NCBI GenBank assembly: GCA_014360805.1 | Contig: JACIWU010000005.1 | Coordinates: 1,206-65,205 of the forward strand | Direction: 5' to 3' | Origin: Chloroflexota bacterium | GTDB taxonomy: Bacteria > Chloroflexota > Anaerolineae > DTLA01 | DNA length: 64,000 nucleotides | In this document: piece after piece, positions 52,523-61,983 of the stretch | Layout: every line of letters begins with the position of its first letter | Position numbering within the stretch: position 1 is the first letter of the stretch | Translations under genes and position numbers: made by a program | Notes under the pieces: model-generated | What the model was told of the DNA's origin: nothing | Seen by the model: only the letters and a program-made list of their open reading frames with translations | Databases searched by the model: none

Positions 52523-53443
52523 TTGGAACAGGGCGTAGTAGGCGAAATCTACTTCGCAGATAACCTGGACGTGCTTGAGGCGCTGCCCTCCGGCTCCATT
52601 GGTCTCATCTACATTGACCCGCCGTTCAACACGGGTAAGGTCCAGCAGCGGACACAACTCAGGACTGTGCGCTCCGACGCAGGGGATCGGGTCGGGTTCC
52701 AGGGCCGCCGCTACCAGAGCATCGCCGTGGGAACCAGGCGGTTCAGCGACCTCTTTGACGACTACCTGGCCTTTCTGGAGCCGAGGCTCGTGGAAGCCCA
52801 CCGCGTTCTAGCAGATCATGGCAGTCTGTACCTGCACGTGGACTATCGGGAGGTCCACTACTGCAAGGTGCTGTTGGACGCGATTTTCGGCAGGGAGTGC
52901 TTTCTCAACGAGATTATCTGGGCGTATGACTATGGGGGACGGCCGAAGAACAAATGGCCCCCCAAGCACGACAACATCCTCCTGTACGTCAAGAACCCAT
53001 CCGACTACGTCTTCAACACCGACGAAATTGAGCGGATTCCCTATATGGCGCCCGGCCTCGTGGGCCCCGAAAAGGCGGCGCGCGGCAAACTGCCAACCGA
53101 CACGTGGTGGCACACGATTGTTCCCACCAACAGCGCCGAGAAGACCGGCTACCCAACCCAAAAACCATTGGGGGTTCTGCGACGCATTATCCAGGCCTCC
53201 TCCCGCCCCAACGCGATCGTGCTGGACTTCTTCGCGGGGAGCGGCACAACGGGAATCGCAGCCCTTGAAAAGGGGCGGCGCTTCATCCTGGTGGACAACA
53301 ATCCCGAAGCCCTGGAGATCATGGCGCGCCGCTTTGATGGCGTTGACGGCATCCGGTGGGTTGGCTTTGACCCATCTCCCTATCAAAGCCGCTATAGGCA
53401 GGGCATGCTCGTGACGGCGAGCACGGAGACCCTGTTAGAATAA
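52523..53443 (+). CDS. DNA methyltransferase, beta-class (PF01555-type), probably N6-adenine. TTG start at 52523 with AGGAG 7 nt upstream
   Basis: Motif IV IYIDPPFN near the N-terminus and motif I DFFAGSGTTG near the C-terminus (CcrM/HinfI-like order). No cognate restriction endonuclease in the window. Confidence 0.75.
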   Translation: MEQGVVGEIYFADNLDVLEALPSGSIGLIYIDPPFNTGKVQQRTQLRTVRSDAGDRVGFQGRRYQSIAVGTRRFSDLFDDYLAFLEPRLVEAHRVLADHGSLYLHVDYREVHYCKVLLDAIFGRECFLNEIIWAYDYGGRPKNKWPPKHDNILLYVKNPSDYVFNTDEIERIPYMAPGLVGPEKAARGKLPTDTWWHTIVPTNSAEKTGYPTQKPLGVLRRIIQASSRPNAIVLDFFAGSGTTGIAALEKGRRFILVDNNPEALEIMARRFDGVDGIRWVGFDPSPYQSRYRQGMLVTASTETLLE

Positions 53444-53491
53444 CCGTTTGTGTATCCGGTTCCATCCATACTTCGTGTGAAGGAGGTTTCC

Positions 53492-53899
53492 ATGGCAAGT
53501 CTTCTGGACATTGAAGGCATCGGCGAGCATTACGCAGAAATCCTCAAGACCAAGGCGGGCATCCGCACCACCGAGGCGCTGCTCAAGGCTTGCGCCACAC
53601 CCGCCGCGCGGCAGGAACTGGCCGAGAAGACCGGCATCTCCCCCAAGTTGATCCTGGAGTGGGCCAACCTGGCCGACCTCATGCGCATCAAGGGCATCGG
53701 CGAGGAATACTCGGACCTCCTGGAAGAGGCCGGCGTGGACACCGTCAAGGAACTCAAGACGCGGGTGCCCAAGCACCTGCACGAGAAAATGGCCGAGATC
53801 AACGCCGAGAAGCGCCTGGTGCGGCGACTGCCCACCCTCCACATGGTAGAGTCATGGGTGGAGCAGGCCAAGTATCTGCCTCCGGCGCTGGAGTACTAG
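53492..53899 (+). CDS. DUF4332-like helix-hairpin-helix protein (start at MASLLDIEGIG, with GGAGG RBS)
   Basis: Two HhH-like units: LLDIEGIGEHYAEILKTKAGIRTTEALL and LMRIKGIGEEYSDLLEEAGVDTVKEL. Confidence 0.55.
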   Translation: MASLLDIEGIGEHYAEILKTKAGIRTTEALLKACATPAARQELAEKTGISPKLILEWANLADLMRIKGIGEEYSDLLEEAGVDTVKELKTRVPKHLHEKMAEINAEKRLVRRLPTLHMVESWVEQAKYLPPALEY

Positions 53900-54048
53900 C
53901 CCCGGAGTTCGCGTCCGGCCCTCGCGCCGGATATCCCTTGCCATAGGCAACCCACCGCGCGATCCGCGAGTAGCGCGAAGACCGCGAACCACGCTTCGCG
54001 TCTATTCGCGTGCTCCGCGGGTCGCGCATTCTGGGGCGGAGGTGGACC

Positions 54049-56556
54049 GTGCAGGAACGGTTAGGCGAGTTCTACCTGGGCAAGAAATACGACATCCACT
54101 CGCGGCAAGTCCTGGATGAGCCGGTGCTGTACGACGCCCGCGACCTGACGACCCATGCCGTGTGCATCGGCATGACCGGCAGCGGCAAGACCGGCCTGTG
54201 CATAGACCTCCTGGAAGAGGCCGCGCTGGATGGCATTCCCGTCGTCGCCATTGACCCCAAAGGCGACCTCACCAACATGCTGTTGACCTTCCCCGACCTG
54301 CAACCTTCGGACTTCCTGCCCTGGATCAACGTGGACGACGCGCGCAGAAAGGGTCTGACCGAAGAAGCCTACGCCGAGCGCACGGCCAAGCAGTGGGCCG
54401 AGGGGCTGGCCCAGTGGGGCCAAGGCCCCGACCGCATTCGGCGACTGCGCGAGGCCGCCGAGTTCGTCATCTTCACCCCAGGCAGCGATGCGGGCATTCC
54501 GGTGAACGTGCTCCGCAGCCTGCAAGCGCCAGGCTCCGCCATCGCCAACGACCCCGAGGCGATGGTGGACCGCGTGGAGGGCACGGTGTCGGCCCTCCTG
54601 GGGCTGGCGGGCATCAAGGCCGACCCCATCAAGAGCCGCGAGCACATCCTCCTGTCCACCATATTCCAGGACGCCTGGCAGAAGGGGCAGGACATGGACA
54701 TCGCCAAACTCATCGCGGCCATCCAGAACCCTCCGGTGCGCACCATCGGCGTCTTTGACGTGGATACCTTCTTCCCGCCCAAGGATCGGTTCGGCCTGGC
54801 GATGGCCCTGAACAACATCATCGCGGCCCCCAGTTTCCAATCGTGGACGCGGGGCGTGCCGCTCAGCCTCGCCGACATCCTCACCACGCCGGAGGGCAAG
54901 CCGCGCGTGTCCATCTTCTACATCGCCCACCTGAGCGACGCCGAGCGCATGTTCTTCGTTACCCTCCTGCTGGAAGAGGTGCTCAATTGGGTGCGGCAAC
55001 AGACGGGCACCACCAGCCTGCGCGCCATCCTGTACTTTGACGAGGTCTTCGGCTACTTCCCGCCGATTGAGAACCCGCCGTCCAAGAAACCCCTGCTGAC
55101 GCTGATGAAGCAGGCGCGGGCCTTCGGATTCGGCATGATGCTCACGACCCAGAACCCCGTAGACTTGGACTACAAGGGCCTGACCAACGCCGGCACGTGG
55201 ATGATCGGGAAACTCCAGACCGACCGCGACAAGATGCGCGTGCTGGAAGGGCTACAGTCCGCCTCGGCCACCGCGGGCCAGATGACCGACCCCTCGTACC
55301 TGGACAAACTCATCTCGTCGCTGGACTCGCGGGTATTCATCCTGCACAACGTGCACGCCGCCGGCCCGGAAGTATTCATGACGCGCTGGGCCATGGCCTA
55401 CCTGCGCGGCCCGCTGACCAAGCCACAGGTGAAGGCGCTCATGGACCCCGTGCGCGACCGGATACTAGCGAAGGCGGCAGTCGCCCCGTCGCCCGCCGTC
55501 GCCGCGCCCACAGCCGCTCCCGCGACTGCCCGCGGCCTCCAGGCGCAGCCCCCGCCGGTGGAAGCCGGCGTTACGCAGGTATTCCTCCCCGTGGACATCT
55601 CGCCGCAACAAGCGGTCTCCGCCTATTCGGCCACGGCCGTGCGCCCGCTGGTGATGAAAACCAGCGTGCTGCGCTTCACCCCGATGGCATTGGGGCACGC
55701 GATGGTGCGCTTCGTGGCCACCGCTCGGGGCGTGGACACGCAGAAGGAGTACTGCCTACTGCTGGAACCTCCCGTTGAGGGCCGGGGCGTGGACTGGCAG
55801 GCGGCCACCGAGTGCACGGCGGACGTGCGAAAGTTGCCCTCGTATCCGCCGCAGGAAGCCGCCTTTGAACCGGTTCCATCGTCGCTGGCGCAGGCCGCCG
55901 ATTTCAAGGCGCTGGCGACTTCGCTCCAGGACTACCTGTACCGCACGGCCACCCTCACCCTACCCTACAACCGCGCGCTGAAACTCTACTCGCGCCCCGA
56001 CGAATCGGAACGCGAATTCGTTGCCCGATGCCGGGATGCCGCGCGACAGAAGCGCGACGAGGAAGTCGCCAAGTCCAACGCGGCCTACGAGCGGAAGTTG
56101 GACCAACTGCGCGACAAGTTGCGCCGCGAGGAACAGAAACTCGCCAAAGACGAGGCTACCTATAGCGGGCGGAAGACCGAGGAAATCCTCACGGTGGGCG
56201 AGTCGGTCGTCGGGTTCCTGCTCGGGCGGCGCTCCACCCGCGTCCTCTCCACCGCCAGCCGCAAGCGGCGCATGACCGCCGAGGTCAAGGCGCGCATGGA
56301 GCAGACCAAGCAGACCATCGCGCTGCTGCAAAAGGAAATCGCCGAGATGGAGCAGGAGCGCGACCAGGCGGCCAAGTCCATCTCAGATCGGTGGGCGGCC
56401 ATCGCCGAGCAGACCGAGACCACCGACATACGCCCGCGCAAGGCCGACGTGCTGGTGGATCTCGTGGCGCTGGCATGGGCGCCGCAGTGGATCATCCGCG
56501 GCGAGACACCCGACGGGACGGAACAAGAGGTGATCCTGCCCGCGCGGCGCGATTAG
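54049..56556 (+). CDS. HerA/FtsK-superfamily P-loop ATPase, DUF853 (YjgR)-like, with a long C-terminal coiled-coil extension. GTG start at 54049
   Basis: HAVCIGMTGSGKTGLCIDLLEEAALDGIPVVAIDPKGDL: an H..GxTGSGKT Walker A followed by the DUF853-type D.KGDL motif. LYFDEVF Walker B. C-terminal charged coiled coil (residues about 690-800). Confidence 0.6.
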   Translation: MQERLGEFYLGKKYDIHSRQVLDEPVLYDARDLTTHAVCIGMTGSGKTGLCIDLLEEAALDGIPVVAIDPKGDLTNMLLTFPDLQPSDFLPWINVDDARRKGLTEEAYAERTAKQWAEGLAQWGQGPDRIRRLREAAEFVIFTPGSDAGIPVNVLRSLQAPGSAIANDPEAMVDRVEGTVSALLGLAGIKADPIKSREHILLSTIFQDAWQKGQDMDIAKLIAAIQNPPVRTIGVFDVDTFFPPKDRFGLAMALNNIIAAPSFQSWTRGVPLSLADILTTPEGKPRVSIFYIAHLSDAERMFFVTLLLEEVLNWVRQQTGTTSLRAILYFDEVFGYFPPIENPPSKKPLLTLMKQARAFGFGMMLTTQNPVDLDYKGLTNAGTWMIGKLQTDRDKMRVLEGLQSASATAGQMTDPSYLDKLISSLDSRVFILHNVHAAGPEVFMTRWAMAYLRGPLTKPQVKALMDPVRDRILAKAAVAPSPAVAAPTAAPATARGLQAQPPPVEAGVTQVFLPVDISPQQAVSAYSATAVRPLVMKTSVLRFTPMALGHAMVRFVATARGVDTQKEYCLLLEPPVEGRGVDWQAATECTADVRKLPSYPPQEAAFEPVPSSLAQAADFKALATSLQDYLYRTATLTLPYNRALKLYSRPDESEREFVARCRDAARQKRDEEVAKSNAAYERKLDQLRDKLRREEQKLAKDEATYSGRKTEEILTVGESVVGFLLGRRSTRVLSTASRKRRMTAEVKARMEQTKQTIALLQKEIAEMEQERDQAAKSISDRWAAIAEQTETTDIRPRKADVLVDLVALAWAPQWIIRGETPDGTEQEVILPARRD

Positions 56557-56557
56557 G

Positions 56558-56590
56558 CGTCGTCTTCACGTGCGACGCATCCCCGAGGGT
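56558..56590. repeat. Family C imperfect palindrome cgtgcgacgcatccccgagggtgtgtcgcacg between convergent genes
   Basis: Begins 2 nt after the ATPase stop. Could serve as a bidirectional terminator. Confidence 0.55.
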
Positions 56591-56604
56591 GTGTCGCACG
56601 GCAA

Positions 56605-57432
56605 TCACGGCCTGCAATTCTTGCACGGCCTGTACCCCTGCGCGATCGCTTCCTCTCGGGTGGCAAAGCACACCTTGTTGGCGGGGTTCATCTGCGCGAC
56701 GGAACTGCACCAGGCGTGGTGGAACACTTTGGAGTTCTTGTTGCCGATATAGGGACAGTCGCCGGCCTGCTGCGCAGTCGGGGCCGGTTCCGCTCCCCAG
56801 AAGCCACGGCCTGCTTCGCGCGCCTCCCGCTCGCACGCCAGGAAGATGTCCTGGTACTTGACATCGGGCGGATACGTGGCGACCGTCGCGTAGCCCTGGC
56901 AGACCAGTTCGCGGTTGATCATCCTGCCGCCAATCCAGACGTAGCGCAGCAACCGGCCGTACCGGTCCACCTCGGACACGTCTTTCTCCAGTTCCACCGT
57001 CTGGCCGCTCACCAAATCGGCGTTTCGCTCCGCCGCCTCGCGGCCAAAGGGTTCATCGGGCTCCGGCGTGTCTATGCCGATGTAGCGCAGGGAATAGGTC
57101 CGCCCGTTGAGTTCCACAACGATGGTGTCGCCGTCTATGACCCGCACGACACGCGCGACCTCAACGTGGCCTTTGCTGGGCGTTGCCTGCGTGCTCGTGG
57201 GCGGAACTTGGGGCATGATCGGAGGCTGGGGCGACACGGCGACGCCACGCGTAGCCGTCGCGGGGATGCGAGAGGACGTCGCGGCGGGGAGATGCGTCGC
57301 GGCCTGGGCAGGCGACGTGGCGTACTGCCCAGGGGCGGGAGCACCCGAACAGGACAATAGCCCACCCGCCAGGGCGAGCGCGACGCAAATCATCAGGCCG
57401 ATTGCAGATGCAGCGCGTCTCACCTTTGTCAT
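56605..57432 (-). CDS. Secreted thermonuclease (SNase/micrococcal-nuclease-like) lipoprotein with a C-terminal Cys/His-rich metal-binding module
   Basis: Lipobox LLSCSG. SNase core VIDGDTIVVELNGRTYSLRYIGIDTPE...REA..A. C-terminal CPYIGNKNSKVFHHAWCS...YRPCKNC. Confidence 0.75.
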   Translation of the reverse strand: MTKVRRAASAIGLMICVALALAGGLLSCSGAPAPGQYATSPAQAATHLPAATSSRIPATATRGVAVSPQPPIMPQVPPTSTQATPSKGHVEVARVVRVIDGDTIVVELNGRTYSLRYIGIDTPEPDEPFGREAAERNADLVSGQTVELEKDVSEVDRYGRLLRYVWIGGRMINRELVCQGYATVATYPPDVKYQDIFLACEREAREAGRGFWGAEPAPTAQQAGDCPYIGNKNSKVFHHAWCSSVAQMNPANKVCFATREEAIAQGYRPCKNCRP

Positions 57433-57542
57433 GTGCTAGTAAACCCAAGTACCCGCCAGCCGCCCCTCGGGGTCGTACAAATGTGCCTCGTCGCGGCTTC
57501 GCCGTTCAGAATGACAGCCCTCGGAGTTCGCGTAGATTCGTG

Positions 57543-58202
57543 TTATCCGTGGATATGTCGCGGCGCGGTGTCGCCCTGCGGCTCCTCTCCCCGCTTGTCC
57601 CAGCCTTCCGGCTCCAGCAGGTAGCGCAGCGCCACCGCGCCGATGACCGACACCACCGAGAACAGGAACAGCGCCGCCAGCACGCCCGACAGCACCATGA
57701 CCCCCGCCATCACAACCACGATGACCAGCAGAACCAGATTGAACAGCGGTCGGGACACGGCCAGGATGGCCGCGTTCTTGAAAAGCGCCCTCACGCTCTT
57801 GTCCCGTTGGTACACCAGCAGCGGGAACAGGTAGAACTGGAGCGCCAGCCACACGAACCCCACGAACGCCCACAGGATGACCAGCAGCCGCAGATAGGGA
57901 TCCGTCTGCCGACTGTAGAAAAGCAGGTTGATGAGCAGCAGGAACCACCCCACCAGCGAGGGAATGGCAACTTTCCAACTGTGCCATAGGTACATGCGAA
58001 AGCCAGCCCAGAAATCGCGCGGCGCAAAGGCCAGGCCGTGGGCCACGCGGTGCGCGACGAAGGCCGCCCCCGCCAGCGCGGGCGGAATCGTAACGACGGG
58101 CAGGCACATGAGCAGGGTAAACGAATTGACCCCCATGAGCATGAACATGTCGTCGTACACGTCGCGCAGGCTTCGCCACACGACGCGAAACGCATCAACC
58201 AC
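57543..58202 (-). CDS. Hypothetical polytopic membrane protein
   Basis: 219 aa, at least 5 TM. No recognisable motif. Overlaps the upstream gene by 8 nt. Confidence 0.5.
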   Translation of the reverse strand: MVDAFRVVWRSLRDVYDDMFMLMGVNSFTLLMCLPVVTIPPALAGAAFVAHRVAHGLAFAPRDFWAGFRMYLWHSWKVAIPSLVGWFLLLINLLFYSRQTDPYLRLLVILWAFVGFVWLALQFYLFPLLVYQRDKSVRALFKNAAILAVSRPLFNLVLLVIVVVMAGVMVLSGVLAALFLFSVVSVIGAVALRYLLEPEGWDKRGEEPQGDTAPRHIHG

Positions 58203-59088
58203 GGCGCGGCTCCCGCTCAGCCAAACCGAGGACGACGAACAGCCACGGCGCCAGCAAGCCGGCCCACACGCCCACCAGGGCGTAGCGCACGAAGCGGAAC
58301 AGGTCGCCTTCGGGGAACACGAGTTTCAGCCCCAGGTACAGGGCGAGCAGGGGAATCACCCCGACGATGAACCGCACGACCCGCTTCCACCACACGCCAT
58401 CGCTGCGGAACCGCACGAAGTGCTCCTCCACCACGAACCCAGGCAACATGCCAAAGGCCACGCCCGTAATCAACGCCGAGCCTTCCGAGGGATGGAGCGC
58501 GAACAGAAGCAGCGGCACCACCAGCGCAATGCCGAGTTGAATCCCCAGCGACAGAATCACCCCTCGCACCATGCGCCGCGCCCAGAAGTACAGCGCCAAG
58601 AGCACAAGCCCAACCACCCAGCCGCCCAGAACGTCCTGGGGAAAGTGCACGCCCAGGTAGATGCGCGACAGGGAAATCAACAGGATGAGCACGACGGAGA
58701 CTACCCACATCCACTTCCGGCGCACCAGGGCCGCCATCGTGCCCCAGAAGACCAGCGACCCCTGCGCGTGCCCGCTGGGGAAGGACGGGCTGGTCTCCGG
58801 CAGGGGCGCGCGGATGCGGGGGTCAAACTCGTTAGGGCGGGGCAGACCGAAAGCGTCCTTCAGGATGCCGTTGACGTACTCGGACAGGAGAAAGACGATG
58901 GACAGCGCCCTACCCAAATGCTTGTGGATACACCAGTACAGGACGGGGAGGAACAGGATGTAGAACTGCTCCCTGCCCAGATAGGTGGCAACGGTGAACA
59001 GAACGTCCAGCGCGCCGTTGGAGAACCCCTGCACCCAGACGATGACATCGGCCCCCCAGGGCATCAGCGACCTCAGAAGTTCGGCCAT
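58195..59088 (-). CDS. PAP2-family membrane phosphatase
   Basis: KDAFGLPRP ... PSGHA ... SRIYLGVHFPQD: the three PAP2 acid-phosphatase motifs. Confidence 0.8.
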   Translation of the reverse strand: MAELLRSLMPWGADVIVWVQGFSNGALDVLFTVATYLGREQFYILFLPVLYWCIHKHLGRALSIVFLLSEYVNGILKDAFGLPRPNEFDPRIRAPLPETSPSFPSGHAQGSLVFWGTMAALVRRKWMWVVSVVLILLISLSRIYLGVHFPQDVLGGWVVGLVLLALYFWARRMVRGVILSLGIQLGIALVVPLLLFALHPSEGSALITGVAFGMLPGFVVEEHFVRFRSDGVWWKRVVRFIVGVIPLLALYLGLKLVFPEGDLFRFVRYALVGVWAGLLAPWLFVVLGLAEREPRRG

Positions 59089-59113
59089 CTCGCTACCTCC
59101 CGCTGCTCGTGGA

Positions 59114-60193
59114 CTAGAGCGCCGTTACCACGGCGTAGACCAAGTCGGCTGCGCCCAGCAAGTCGGCAATGGCGATCTGTTCGGCGGTTGTGTGCACGTT
59201 GCTCATGCCCGTGCTCGTAACCACGCACTGAATCCCCTTGGCGTTGTACACATTGGCATCGCTGCCGCCGCCCGACGACACCAAGATTGGCTCAACGCCC
59301 AGGCGCTTGCAGATGCCGACGAGGTGGCGAACCCACGGGTGATCGTTGGGGAGATGGTAGGCTTCGTAGGAACGGGTAACGTGAATCTCGGCCCTGGCCC
59401 CGTGGCGGGCTGCGGCGGCTTCAAATGCCTTCACCATGCGGCTCGTCTGGGCCGCCAGTTTCTCGCCCTTGAGGCTCCGCGCCTCACCGGCAATCTCCAC
59501 GCGATCTGGCACGATGTTCGTGGCGACCCCGCCCGCGATCTTGCCCACGTTGGCCGTCGTCTCGGCGTCTATGCGGCCCAGCGGCATCTGCGCGATGGCC
59601 TCGGCGGCGACGACAATGGCGTTGATGCCCTTCTCCGGGTCCGTGCCGGCGTGGGCCGCCTTGCCGTGGATCGTTACCGCCAGCGAGTCCTGGCACGGAG
59701 CCTGGCGCACCAACGTCCCGATAGGCCCGCCCGAATCCAGCACCAGCCCGACCCTGGCGCGGACCGCCGACACGTCCAGCCGCTTGGCTCCGATTAGCCC
59801 GCCTTCCTCGCCCACGCTGAAGACGATGTCCAGAGGGCGGTGGCGCGCGCCTGTGGCCTTGAGCCTGCGCAGAACCTCCAGCACGACCGCGATGCCCGAC
59901 TTGCAGTCGCTGCCCAGAATCGTCGTGCCATCGCTGGTGATGATGCCGTCCTGGATGCGCGGCTTGATTCCCCGCCCTGGCTCCACCGTGTCCATGTGCG
60001 CCGACAGCAGGATGGGTTCACCCTCGCCGTCCAGCGCGGTGATGACGTTGCCCGCAGCGTCCGTGTGCGCCTGCGCCCCCAGGTCGCGGAGCATCCCGAG
60101 GAGCGTCTCCGCCAACTGCTGCTCATGGCCCGTCGGGCTGTCAATCTGAATCAGGTGCAGGAACGTCTCAACAATGGGAGGATTGTCGGTCAT
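59114..60193 (-). CDS. M20-family metallopeptidase (peptidase T-like tripeptidase)
   Basis: HMDTV, GSDCKSG, GEEGG metal-ligand motifs. 359 aa. Confidence 0.7.
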   Translation of the reverse strand: MTDNPPIVETFLHLIQIDSPTGHEQQLAETLLGMLRDLGAQAHTDAAGNVITALDGEGEPILLSAHMDTVEPGRGIKPRIQDGIITSDGTTILGSDCKSGIAVVLEVLRRLKATGARHRPLDIVFSVGEEGGLIGAKRLDVSAVRARVGLVLDSGGPIGTLVRQAPCQDSLAVTIHGKAAHAGTDPEKGINAIVVAAEAIAQMPLGRIDAETTANVGKIAGGVATNIVPDRVEIAGEARSLKGEKLAAQTSRMVKAFEAAAARHGARAEIHVTRSYEAYHLPNDHPWVRHLVGICKRLGVEPILVSSGGGSDANVYNAKGIQCVVTSTGMSNVHTTAEQIAIADLLGAADLVYAVVTAL

Positions 60194-60236
60194 CGTCGCT
60201 TCGCCCTCCTATGCATTGTGCGCCGCGAAAGGGCCG

Positions 60237-61958
60237 CTAGCGGCACTCGGATTTCACGCGCTCCAGCATTTCCTGCGCGCTTTCGCGGGTGGTGTCGGTA
60301 ACGCTGCCCAGCATCTGGGCAATCTCGTCCACGCGGCGCGCATCGCGGATTTCCTCCACCCGCGTAACCGTGCGGCCCGCCACCACCTCCTTGCGGATGG
60401 CCAGGTGTCGGTCTGCATACGCCGCGATCTGCGGCAGGTGCGTTACGCACAAGACCTGGTGCCGACTCGCCAGCGTCCAAAGTTTGCGGCCCACGGCCAC
60501 ACCCACCCTGCCGCCGATGCCCGTGTCAATCTCGTCAAAGATCAGCGTGGGGGTCTGGTCGGCCTCCGACAGGACGGTTTTCAGCGCCAGGAGCAACCGC
60601 GAGGTCTCGCCGCCCGACGCGATCCGAACCATCGGCTTGAGCGGCTCGCCCACGTTCGGCGCCACGAGGAACTCCACGCGGTCAATCCCTGTCGCGTCAA
60701 AGGCCAGCCGTGCGCCGTTCACAGGCACGCCGTCGGGGGCCTCGTCCTGCGCCACATCCACCACAAACCGCGCCTTCTCCATGGCCAGGTCGGCCAGTTC
60801 GCGCTCCACCTCGGCCGACAGTCGTTGCGCGGCCTCCTTGCGCGCGGCGGACAGGCGCGCCGCCTTCTCGCCGATTCGCTGCAACAGGCGCTGCTCCTCC
60901 GCTTGCAGTTCGGCGATGCGCTCCTCGCTATGGGTGATGGTCTCCAACTCGTGGGCCGCGCGCCTGCAGAACTCCAGCACCTCCTCTACGGTGTCGCCGT
61001 ACTTCCGTTTCAGGTTGAAGTACAGGTTGAGGCGCTCTTCCACCCGCGCCAGTTTGCTCGGGTTGTACTCTATGCGATCGCCGTAGTCGCGCAGTTCACG
61101 CGCCAGGTCGTCCAACTGATACTGCACATCCCGCACCGCCTGAAGCCAGGTTTCCCATCGCACGTCGTAGCGGCACAGGCCCGCCAGGCTCTGCTCCACC
61201 TGGCCCAGCAGGTCGGTGGCCGACAGTTGCTCTTCGCCGCCCTCGTACAGGCGGTGGTAGGCTTCCTCGGCGAGGGACTGCAATTGCTCGGCGTTGGCCA
61301 GGCGCGTGCGCTCCTGGAGGAGTTCCTCTTCTTCGCCCACGCGGAGGGCCGCCGCGTTGATTTCGCTCACCTGGTAATGGAGCAGTTCCACCCGCCGCGC
61401 CAGTTCGCGCTCGTCCTGCTGGAGTTCCCGCAGTTCCCTCCGCACGCCGCGCAGTTCGTGCACCAGGTCGGCCACTTCGCGCCGCGCGTCCATCAGGCCG
61501 CCGTAGCGGTCCAGGAAGTTGATGTGCTCCTGCACCCGCAGCAGGCTCAGGTGGTCGCCCTGGCCGTGAATGTCTATCAGGCGCTCGCCCACCATCTGGA
61601 ACTGGCGCAACGTTACGGCGCGGCCGTTGATACGGCAGATATTACGGCCCTCGCGCCGCACCTCCCGCGAGAGGATGAGCGTCTCGCCTTCGCTTTCCAG
61701 CCCGCCTTCGGCCAGGATGGGGGCGATTTCGGCCTGGGCGGCCGCATCCAGGGTGAACGTCCCTTCCACCAGCGCGAAGTCGGCCTCAGCGCGGACGACC
61801 TCGGTATCGGCGCGCCCGCCGAGGAGAAGCGCCACCGCGTCCACGATGATGGACTTGCCCGCGCCCGTCTCGCCCGTGAGGATATGCAGGCCCGCGCCCA
61901 GGCGAAGGGTGAGTTCATCTATAATCGCGAAATTGCGGATGTGGAGTTCAGACAGCAA
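60237..61958 (-). CDS. recN: DNA repair protein RecN
   Basis: 573 aa SMC-like. ILTGETGAGKSII Walker A. C-terminal LIFDEIDTGIGG. Confidence 0.93.
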   Translation of the reverse strand: MLSELHIRNFAIIDELTLRLGAGLHILTGETGAGKSIIVDAVALLLGGRADTEVVRAEADFALVEGTFTLDAAAQAEIAPILAEGGLESEGETLILSREVRREGRNICRINGRAVTLRQFQMVGERLIDIHGQGDHLSLLRVQEHINFLDRYGGLMDARREVADLVHELRGVRRELRELQQDERELARRVELLHYQVSEINAAALRVGEEEELLQERTRLANAEQLQSLAEEAYHRLYEGGEEQLSATDLLGQVEQSLAGLCRYDVRWETWLQAVRDVQYQLDDLARELRDYGDRIEYNPSKLARVEERLNLYFNLKRKYGDTVEEVLEFCRRAAHELETITHSEERIAELQAEEQRLLQRIGEKAARLSAARKEAAQRLSAEVERELADLAMEKARFVVDVAQDEAPDGVPVNGARLAFDATGIDRVEFLVAPNVGEPLKPMVRIASGGETSRLLLALKTVLSEADQTPTLIFDEIDTGIGGRVGVAVGRKLWTLASRHQVLCVTHLPQIAAYADRHLAIRKEVVAGRTVTRVEEIRDARRVDEIAQMLGSVTDTTRESAQEMLERVKSECR

Positions 61959-61983
61959 CCCCGCCCTCCCCGCTCATGCCGTA

